Positions 57,249-64,000 of a DNA stretch of 64,000 nucleotides are shown piece after piece. The position numbers and the translations under genes were made by a program. Source of the stretch: an uncultured Trueperaceae bacterium (lineage in GTDB: Bacteria > Deinococcota > Deinococci > Deinococcales > Trueperaceae); NCBI GenBank assembly GCA_963815215.1, contig CAWFFU010000008.1:224358-288357 (forward strand), given 5' to 3'. The notes below the pieces were generated by a model. It was not told the DNA's origin, did not search any database, and was given only the letters and a program-made list of their open reading frames with translations. How positions within the stretch are numbered: position 1 is the stretch's first letter; every line of letters starts with the position of its first letter.

Positions 57249-58101
57249 CGTGCTGGCCGCTCCCCGGCCGCGCCGCTCCCGGCTGTTCCGGCGCGTCGCG
57301 CGCCACCCGATCGGCGTCGTCGCCGCCGCCGTGATCGTCGTGCTGCTGCTGATGGTCAGCCTGGGCCCGGCGCTCTACGGGCAGTCGCCCGAGACCGCCA
57401 ACCCGGCTGCCAGCCTGGCCTCACCCGGGGCCCAGCACTGGCTCGGCACCGACGAGCTCGGCCGCGACGTGTTCGCGCGCATCCTCGCCGGCGGCCGCGT
57501 GTCGCTCGCGGTGGGCCTGCTCTCGATGCTGGTGGGACTCACCCTCGGGACCCTGGTCGGCGGCCTGGGCGGCTACTTCGGCGGCCGCACCGAGATGCTG
57601 CTGATGCGGATGGTGGACGTCTTCATGGCCATCCCCGCCTTCTTCCTGATCCTGGTCATCATCACCGCTTTCGGCAACCACCCGGCCACCGTCATCGTGA
57701 CCGTGGGGCTCGGCTTCTGGGCCCAGATGGCCCGCGTGGTGCACGCGGAGTTCAGCAAGTACCGCAACGCCGAGTTCGTCGAGGCGACCCACGCCCTGGG
57801 AGCGTCGCACCCGCGCACCATGACGCTCCACATCCTGCCGCAGGTGGTGCCGCAGGCGATCGTGCTGGCAACGCTGGGGGTGGGCTGGTCGATCCTCAGC
57901 GAAGCGGCCCTGAGTTATCTGGGGCTCGGCATCCAACCGCCCCTGGCCTCCTGGGGAAGCATGCTGCAGAACGCGCAGGCCTACCTGTGGGCCAAGCCCA
58001 TGCTGGCCATCTACCCGGGTCTGTTCATCGCCCTCACCGTGCTCGCCTTCAACACCCTCGGGAACGCGCTGCGCGACATCCTCGATCCGCGCGACGTGTG
58101 A
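57241..58101 (+). CDS. DppC/OppC-like ABC permease
   Basis: Motifs HWLGTDELGRD, EFVEA and FNTLGNALRD. Confidence 0.93.
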   Translation: MADVLAAPRPRRSRLFRRVARHPIGVVAAAVIVVLLLMVSLGPALYGQSPETANPAASLASPGAQHWLGTDELGRDVFARILAGGRVSLAVGLLSMLVGLTLGTLVGGLGGYFGGRTEMLLMRMVDVFMAIPAFFLILVIITAFGNHPATVIVTVGLGFWAQMARVVHAEFSKYRNAEFVEATHALGASHPRTMTLHILPQVVPQAIVLATLGVGWSILSEAALSYLGLGIQPPLASWGSMLQNAQAYLWAKPMLAIYPGLFIALTVLAFNTLGNALRDILDPRDV

Positions 58102-58154
58102 CCCGTCCCCGCCGCCCGAAGTCCGCTGCGGCGCCCAGAACCCAAGGAGATCCC

Positions 58155-59354
58155 ATGCCCAAGAAGCGCTACGACGGCTACCGCTCGTACCAGTACCTGG
58201 AAGCCGGCAAGGACTACAAGGCCTTCCGCCTGGCACCCGAGGTCGACCGCGTGTCCAGTACCCCGGTGGCGGTGAGCCAGGACGAGGAGGCGAGGGTGGA
58301 GCGCCTGTTCGAGCGCCACCCGATGGTGTCGCTGCACGACCACTGCTTCGTCGCCCCCGCCGACCTCGGCGAGTTCATGGAGTTCCGCCGCTGGGGCCGC
58401 GACTTCACCGGCTTCGAGGGCCTCAGCGTCTCCGGCCTCGACGCCGTGTTCGATAACCTGATGGACGGCACCGCGATGATCACCTCGCGCGGCGGCTGGA
58501 AGTGGGACGACGTCGTCTACGACATCGGCATGCGGCTTTCCGACATCGCCCACCAGGACTTCGTGACCATCGCTACGCGCACCGAGCACATCCGCCAGGC
58601 CAAGGCCAACGGCCAGGTCGCCATGGTGCTGTCGCTCGAGGGCGCCGCCATGATCGAGAACGAGCTCGACCGGCTCGACATCCTCTACGGCTTCGGCGTG
58701 CGCGCCGTGGGCATCGCCTACAGCGAGGGCAACGCCCTGGGGGCGGGCCTCAAGGAGCCGGGCGACGGCGGCCTGACGATGTTCGGCCGGCAGGCGGTGG
58801 AGCGCATGAACAAGCTCGGCATCGCCATCGACGTCTCCCACTCCGGCGACCGGACCGCGATGGACACCATCGAGGCCAGCAGCAAGCCGATCTTCATCAC
58901 CCACGCCGGCGCCCGCAGCCTGTGGGACTCGCGCCGCCTGAAGCCGGACGAGGTCATCCGAGCCTGCGCCGCCAAGGGTGGCGTCATCGGCATCGAGGCC
59001 GCGCCGCACACCACCATCACCCGCAACCAGCCCCGCCATACCATCGAGTCGTTCATGGAGCACTTCGAGTACTGCGTCGACCTGGTCGGCATCGACCACG
59101 TGGCGTTCGGCCCCGATGTGCTCTTCGGCGACCACGTGGGCCTGCATAAGGCGCTCTCCGCCGCGCTCTCCATCGGAGCGGCCCACGGCAAGGCCGAACA
59201 CCCGAAGGTCGATTGGGTCGACGGGCTGGAGAGCCCCGCCGAGGCGTTCCGCAACATCGTGCGCTGGCTGGTGAAGCATGGCTACTCGGACGAGGCCATC
59301 GCCAAGGTCGTTGGCGGTAACGTGCTGCGCGTGCTCGACGAGGTGTGGGTCTGA
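58155..59354 (+). CDS. Membrane dipeptidase (peptidase M19) family protein
   Basis: Motifs SLHDH, LSLEG, DVSH, ITH, HVAFGPD and GGNVLR. Confidence 0.92.
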   Translation: MPKKRYDGYRSYQYLEAGKDYKAFRLAPEVDRVSSTPVAVSQDEEARVERLFERHPMVSLHDHCFVAPADLGEFMEFRRWGRDFTGFEGLSVSGLDAVFDNLMDGTAMITSRGGWKWDDVVYDIGMRLSDIAHQDFVTIATRTEHIRQAKANGQVAMVLSLEGAAMIENELDRLDILYGFGVRAVGIAYSEGNALGAGLKEPGDGGLTMFGRQAVERMNKLGIAIDVSHSGDRTAMDTIEASSKPIFITHAGARSLWDSRRLKPDEVIRACAAKGGVIGIEAAPHTTITRNQPRHTIESFMEHFEYCVDLVGIDHVAFGPDVLFGDHVGLHKALSAALSIGAAHGKAEHPKVDWVDGLESPAEAFRNIVRWLVKHGYSDEAIAKVVGGNVLRVLDEVWV

Positions 59355-60190
59355 TGCCGCGCATCACCGTCAACGGCGTCGAGCTCGCCTACGACGACAG
59401 CGGCGGCGACAAGACGGCGCTGGTGGCGCTGCACGGTGGGCCCGGCATGGGCAACCGCGCCGGCAACTGGCACGCCTTCGCCCCGTTCCGGGAGCGCTTC
59501 CGGGTGGTCGCCTACGACCATCGCGGCTGCGGAGCCTCGGACGACGCGCCCCCCTATAGCCACGACCAGTTCTGCGACGACCTCGAGCAGCTCCGCCAGG
59601 CGCTAGGGCTGGGCAAGATGGTGCTGGCCGGCGGCTCCTACGGCGGCATGCTGGCGCTGGAGTACGCCCTGCGCCATCAGGAGAACCTGCATGCGCTGGT
59701 GCTGCGCGACACCGTCGCCAACAACCGCTTCCACGACGTGGCCAAGCAGCGCGCCATGGCCAGCGACTTCCCCATGGACGAGGTGGCGCTCGACCGGCTG
59801 TTCGCGGGCCGGACTACCAGTGACGACGACTTCCGCGCCCTCATCCGCATGATCATGCCGCTGTACACCGTGGAGCACGATCCCGAGCGCGAGGCTCGGG
59901 CGGTGGACGCGATGCAGTTGCACTACCAGACCCACAACTGGGCGTTCGGCCGCAACCAGGCCGGCTACGACGTCACCGAGCGGCTGCCCGAGATCACCGT
60001 GCCCACGCTGATCACGGCCGGCCGCCACGACTGGGTGACCCCGCTCGAGGCCAACGAGGAGGTCGCCGCGGGCATCCCGGACGCCGAGCTGGTGGTGTTC
60101 GAGCACAGCGGCCACTCGCCGCAGGAGGAGGAGCGCGAACGCTGGCTCGAGGTGGTCGGCGCCTTCCTTGAGCGGGTCGTACCCTCGTGA
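59354..60190 (+). CDS. Alpha/beta hydrolase (proline iminopeptidase-like)
   Basis: Motifs HGGPG, YDHRGCG, GGSYGG, GRHD and SGHSP. TGATG coupling. Confidence 0.92.
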   Translation: MPRITVNGVELAYDDSGGDKTALVALHGGPGMGNRAGNWHAFAPFRERFRVVAYDHRGCGASDDAPPYSHDQFCDDLEQLRQALGLGKMVLAGGSYGGMLALEYALRHQENLHALVLRDTVANNRFHDVAKQRAMASDFPMDEVALDRLFAGRTTSDDDFRALIRMIMPLYTVEHDPEREARAVDAMQLHYQTHNWAFGRNQAGYDVTERLPEITVPTLITAGRHDWVTPLEANEEVAAGIPDAELVVFEHSGHSPQEEERERWLEVVGAFLERVVPS

Positions 60191-61377
60191 GCGAGGCGCC
60201 TCCGCCGATCGACGCGGCGGAACGTGCCGAGCGCGCCCGTCGCGCCTTCGACGAGCTCCCGGCCGACGTCAGCGCGCTGGTGCTGTTCGACGACCAGTAC
60301 CTCCAGTACTTCGCGGACTTCGTGTTCCACCCCACCGAGCGCCCCATGGCGCTGGTGATCAGCCCGGAGGGGGAGCGAACGCTGTTCGTGCCCGAGCTCG
60401 AGCGTGAGCACGCCGCCGAGGTCGCCGACGTGGAAGGCGTCGAAGCCTACCCCGAGTACCCCGGCGAGGTGCACCCGATGGTGCGGCTCGCGGAGCTGCT
60501 GCGCGAGCGCGGGCTCGGCTCCGGCACGCTCGGCGTGGACTACGACGGCTACCCGCCGGTGATGGGCTACGCCCCGCGGCCGCTCAGCGACCACTTCGAG
60601 GTGCGCGCCGTGTCCCCCACCCTCGACGCGCAGATGGCGCACAAGAGCCCTGCCGAGATCGCGTTGATCCGGGAGAGCGCCCGCTGGGGCGGGCGTGCCC
60701 ACCGTTTGTTGCAGACCTACACCGAAGTCGGCCTGCGCGAGGGCGAGGTGTCGCGCCGCGCCACCGCCGAGGCCAGCGCCGAGATGGCGGCCGTGCTCGG
60801 CAGCGCCTACCGGCCCCGCAATCGCTGGATCCAGGGCGCGGTGGCGCTCTACCGCGGCCAGATCGGGCCCAACAGCGCGCTGCCGCATGCCGTCACCCTC
60901 AACGCCGCCTTCTCCCGCGGCGACACGCTCGTCACCGGCGCCTCGGCCGACGTCTGGGGCTACATCAGCGAGCTCGAGCGCACCATGGTGCTGGGCGAGC
61001 CAAGCCCCCAGCAACGCCATTTCTTCGGGCACATGCTGGCGCTACAGGACCTCGCCTTCGACGCCATCCGCCCCGGCCGCCCCGCGGCTCACGTCGATCG
61101 GGCGCTCAACGCCTACCTCGAGCAGCACGACCTCCAGCCCTACCGGCGCCACCACGTCGGGCACTCGCTGGGGCAGCGCATCCACGAGAGCCCCTTCCTC
61201 GACGTCGGCGACGCCACCGTCCTAGCTCCCGGCATGGTCCTGAGCGTCGAGCCCGGACTGTACGTTCGCGGGCTGGGCGGCTTCCGGCACTCCGACACGG
61301 TGCTGGTGACCGAGGACGGCGTCGAGCTGCTCACGGATTACCCGCGGGAGCTGGAGCGCTTGACGCTGGCAACGTGA
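60187..61377 (+). CDS. M24 'pita-bread' fold hydrolase (creatinase/Xaa-Pro peptidase family)
   Basis: Motifs KSPAEI, ALPH, HHVGHSLG, IHESP, VEPG and FRHSDTVLV. Confidence 0.9.
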   Translation: MSEAPPPIDAAERAERARRAFDELPADVSALVLFDDQYLQYFADFVFHPTERPMALVISPEGERTLFVPELEREHAAEVADVEGVEAYPEYPGEVHPMVRLAELLRERGLGSGTLGVDYDGYPPVMGYAPRPLSDHFEVRAVSPTLDAQMAHKSPAEIALIRESARWGGRAHRLLQTYTEVGLREGEVSRRATAEASAEMAAVLGSAYRPRNRWIQGAVALYRGQIGPNSALPHAVTLNAAFSRGDTLVTGASADVWGYISELERTMVLGEPSPQQRHFFGHMLALQDLAFDAIRPGRPAAHVDRALNAYLEQHDLQPYRRHHVGHSLGQRIHESPFLDVGDATVLAPGMVLSVEPGLYVRGLGGFRHSDTVLVTEDGVELLTDYPRELERLTLAT

Positions 61378-61380
61378 AGG

Positions 61381-61411
61381 GCGCGGCGACCACGGATGTG
61401 GCGCGCCGCGC
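61381..61411. terminator. Hairpin between convergent genes
   Basis: GCGCGGCG-ACCAC-GGAT-GTGG-CG-CGCCGCGC. Confidence 0.55.
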
Positions 61412-61443
61412 CCAGCGGAGCTCTGGCGGAAGTTCGGAAGTGT

Positions 61444-63207
61444 CTAGCGGCTCGCCATCAGGGTGGCGCCGGCCGTCGCAGCGGCGTAGAGCTCGTCGGC
61501 CGTGACAGTGAGCGGATCGATGAGGCTGGCGTAGGCGGTCAGGTAGGGAAGCGCTCCGAGATCGGGCGCCGCGCCGGCGTAAGGGAGACCCACGTCGGTG
61601 CCTGCGGCGATGGCAGGACTGCCGGATCGCAAGCTCAGGAACGACGCCTGGCCCGGATCGGTGCTGTTGAAGTTAGGGTTGGTGATCCCGAGATCCCAGC
61701 TGTTGCTGGCTGAATCGGAACCCCACATACCGGCCTCGCCGTCGTAAGCGATGTTGTTACGCAGCACGGTGGTAGCGCCACCGATGAAGGCGTAGCCGTC
61801 GTTGCCGAACGCGGTGTTGTTGTAGAAGTGCACGTCCCCGCCGCTGTTCTCATCGAAACCGGCGCCCCGGTTGTTGAAGGAGATGGAGTTGCGCACCATG
61901 GTGTGCACCAGCTCGCTATTGCCGCCGGCCTTGATGCCGTTGCCGTTACCGTACGCGCCACGGCCGTTGTCGTGGCTGATGACGTGATCGACGAGGGAGT
62001 TGGTCGAGCGCCAGGTGTCGATGCCGTCGTCGGAGTTGTTGAACACGATCGTGGCGTAGATCACGTTGCGGTCGCCCGAGGAGAGGCTGATGCCGTCGGC
62101 ATCGTCACCGATCTTGCCTGAGGGATTGTAGCGGTCGTAGTTGTCGAAGCTGACGATGTACTCGTAGCGGTTGCGGTTGCTGGCGAAGTTGGTGATGCCG
62201 CTGTAGTGGTTACCGTGGATCCACAGGTTGCTGAAGACGTTGTCGCTCGAGCCGTTGACGTAGATGCCTTCCCGAGGGCTCGACCGCACCTCGAAGTTGG
62301 AGAACACGTTCCACGATGCGTTGGAGACCCAGATCCGGTCGGAGTCCACTGCCGGCGTCCGGTTCGAGCCGTCGAACACGGCCCACTCACCCGGGTACGA
62401 CGTCCACACGATGGGATCGGCCTGCGTACCCGAACGGTTGAACCCGACCTGCACCGGATACACGCCGGAGCGCAAGTACACCACATCGCCCGGACGCACT
62501 ACATCGGCCGCATGCTGCACCGTACGGAACGCCGTGCTCTCCGTGCGACCATCGTTACTGTCGGAACCCGCAGGATCCACGAACATCGTCGCAGCCGGGA
62601 TCGACCGGAAGCCGTCCGTTGGCGCCGGAGTCGGATCCGGGGTCGGTGCCGGAGTCGGCGCCGGAGTCGGGTCCGGAGTCGGGTCCGGAGAAGGATCGGG
62701 CGAAGGCGTCGGGTCCGGGACCGGAACCGGCGAGGGGTCGGTCGCCGAGCCGTTGCTCACTGTGAAACGACTCGTGACGATCGGCGCCGTGCCGCGATTC
62801 ACGGTAGTCACGGCGGTCAACGTATGCGCTCCGTTGGACAGCTGCACGGTATCGAGCGTCATCGCGTACGGAGAGGCGTCTGCCACGTGCGCAGCTGCCT
62901 TCCCACGCGCGACATCGTCGAGATAGAAGGCCACGGACTGGATCCGCGGGTTGTTCCGCACGGACACCGTCACGGTGCCGGAGAGGGTCGCCCCTTCCAG
63001 CTCCTTGGCGTCGATGGTGGTCGCCTGCGACACCACCATCAGGTGAAGGGACTCCGCCGACAACGCGTCCGGCACCGTCCCGCAGGACGCCATCAGTACC
63101 GTCACGAGCAAGCCGGCCGCCCAAAGCCACGCTCGCCGTGCTCGAATTGACGTCAGAAGGATTGAGAGGTGTGACCGTCGATTGGTGTTCGCAAGCATCC
63201 GAACCAT
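61444..63207 (-). CDS. Lipoprotein with an Ig-like domain, a Pro/Thr linker and a right-handed beta-helix (polysaccharide lyase family 9-like)
   Basis: Lipobox LMASC. Ig-like VAFYLD...PY...LSNGAHTLTA. GSDSNDG..AFRTVQHA, DDADG, NSDDGID, GNGNGIKAGG and APDLGA. Alternative start at 63198. Confidence 0.88.
   Translation of the reverse strand: MVRMLANTNRRSHLSILLTSIRARRAWLWAAGLLVTVLMASCGTVPDALSAESLHLMVVSQATTIDAKELEGATLSGTVTVSVRNNPRIQSVAFYLDDVARGKAAAHVADASPYAMTLDTVQLSNGAHTLTAVTTVNRGTAPIVTSRFTVSNGSATDPSPVPVPDPTPSPDPSPDPTPDPTPAPTPAPTPDPTPAPTDGFRSIPAATMFVDPAGSDSNDGRTESTAFRTVQHAADVVRPGDVVYLRSGVYPVQVGFNRSGTQADPIVWTSYPGEWAVFDGSNRTPAVDSDRIWVSNASWNVFSNFEVRSSPREGIYVNGSSDNVFSNLWIHGNHYSGITNFASNRNRYEYIVSFDNYDRYNPSGKIGDDADGISLSSGDRNVIYATIVFNNSDDGIDTWRSTNSLVDHVISHDNGRGAYGNGNGIKAGGNSELVHTMVRNSISFNNRGAGFDENSGGDVHFYNNTAFGNDGYAFIGGATTVLRNNIAYDGEAGMWGSDSASNSWDLGITNPNFNSTDPGQASFLSLRSGSPAIAAGTDVGLPYAGAAPDLGALPYLTAYASLIDPLTVTADELYAAATAGATLMASR
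62620..62745 (-). repeat. Imperfect 12-bp/6-bp tandem repeat encoding the (P-T/D/S/A/V)n linker
   Basis: Plus-strand units such as CCGGAGTCGGGT and CCGGAGTCGGCG; protein PDPTPSPDPSPDPTPDPTPAPTPAPTPDPTPAPT. Confidence 0.85.
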
Positions 63208-63690
63208 CTCCCATGGTCGGAATGCAACCTGGTACTACCCCGGTCGGTTGCATCACTGGCTCCCCGCGTCCCTTGATGCCCAGGTCGGGAACAGCGGATC
63301 ATCGCCTCCGGGACCCCAAAATGGGGGCCGTTGGTTTTCCTTGGGAGCTTGCACCGGCACGTCGGCAATGCGACGAGACCAAGCAATTCAAAACCCTCGA
63401 CCGGTTGCGCAACTGGCTCGGCTCGTTCCAAGCGCCCAAGGATTACAGAACGAGCGTCAACGCCTTCGAGAGTATTCACGCGCCAACAGGGGACGCGCTA
63501 GTTCCAAGGTTAGCACCGATGCGCCCCTGCAGAGAACGAACGGCCACACCCGGGCGAAACCAGCGAAAGACCCTCCACGACAGGCCCCCCTGCCACACCG
63601 AGCGAGAACGGCACCGATCCCGGCACGGGACATTCCGCCCTAGACAAGGGGACCGCACAGTTCGGGCGTCCTCCTCACCGGCAGCGTTGC

Positions 63691-63777
63691 TCAGCGCTCC
63701 AACTCCACGCTGATGATGTGGATCTCGCCGTCCCCGACGTTCTCCGAGACGTGCGCCGCCAACGAGCTGGCCCCCCG
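63691..63777 (-). pseudogene. C-terminal fragment of a cupin-like gene
   Basis: AAHVSENVGDGEIHIISVELER*, with an in-frame TAG immediately upstream of the fragment. Confidence 0.55.
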
Positions 63778-63843
63778 CTAGTGCCGACCGCCACCGCGGG
63801 CGGGCGAAGAGGATCGAGGCGCGCACCTCCTCCCAGGTTGAAT

Positions 63844-63962
63844 CGTGGCGGGGCCGGCCTACGCCTTCGACACCAACCCGAACGAGATCGCTCCGCAAGA
63901 CCTGTCGTTCGCGATCCGGGCGGCGCCCAGCGAAGCTCCGCAGCCGAGCTGCCCGCCGGGGG
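63844..63962 (+). pseudogene. Possible fragment of a YHYH-family gene
   Basis: GPAYAFDTNPNEIAPQDLSFAIRAAPSEAPQPSCPPGG resembles, from memory, the 'AY..D.NPN.I..Q...P..P....PSC' segment of YHYH proteins. The frame runs off the window end. Confidence 0.4.
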
Positions 63963-64000
63963 CGCAGACCACCTCACGCAGGCCTACCGGTCGACCAGCA

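Noticed and set aside
62620..62745. Tandem repeats as a possible CRISPR array or VNTR element
   Set aside because: Short in-frame units encoding a Pro/Thr linker, with no spacers and no cas genes.
63290..63350. TTTTGGGG on the minus strand suggesting a c-di-AMP (ydaO) riboswitch
   Set aside because: The other hallmarks (GCTGAATCC, CCCGTCAGCTAAC-like) are absent. Kept only as an unassigned structured leader.
63138..63713. ORFs 63138..63713, 63153..63479, 63182..63643 and 63476..63898
   Set aside because: Mutually overlapping, with no RBS or motif support and atypical composition.
1..64000. Many long Arg/Pro/Gly-rich alternative-frame and antisense ORFs
   Set aside because: Expected shadow ORFs in high-GC DNA. 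They overlap well-supported genes and show no motifs.
1..64000. tRNA, rRNA, transposase, integrase, phage or defence genes
   Set aside because: No recognisable signatures found by eye. A tRNAscan/Infernal/HMM run would be needed to exclude small elements.

Overview
A GC-rich (about 70% by eye) bacterial chromosomal segment, densely coding, with about 55 intact CDSs. I found no tRNA, rRNA, CRISPR array or intact mobile element. It is most likely from Deinococcota (Truepera-like). The reasons are a Thermus/Deinococcus-type 'MGxGW' insert in sigma region 3, at least eight apparently leaderless genes (TANNNT 5-7 nt before the start codon), and a Thermus-like minor-pilin gene order. The window is mostly accessory catabolic and transport modules: (1) the start of a Liv-type ABC operon; (2) a MarR-MFS efflux pair; (3) a SigA paralogue lacking region 1.1; (4) a Sco/PCuAC copper-chaperone pair; (5) a DeoR-BtpA/SgcQ-FGGY kinase-SDR-sugar ABC operon; (6) a PucR-regulated operon of hydantoinase A, two DUF917 genes and a Dpp-type ABC, followed by a nitrilase; (7) a four-gene minor-pilin cassette ending in a large PilX-like protein; (8) an IclR-regulated peptide-ABC operon with three hydrolases, including an M24 protein that has lost its metal ligands; (9) a PL9-like beta-helix lipoprotein. 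Several intergenic gaps hold short decayed gene remnants. The best candidates for undescribed biology are the double-DUF917 operon, the BtpA sugar operon, the pilin tip cassette and the group-2-like sigma factor. All family calls come from motif recognition by eye; no searches were run.
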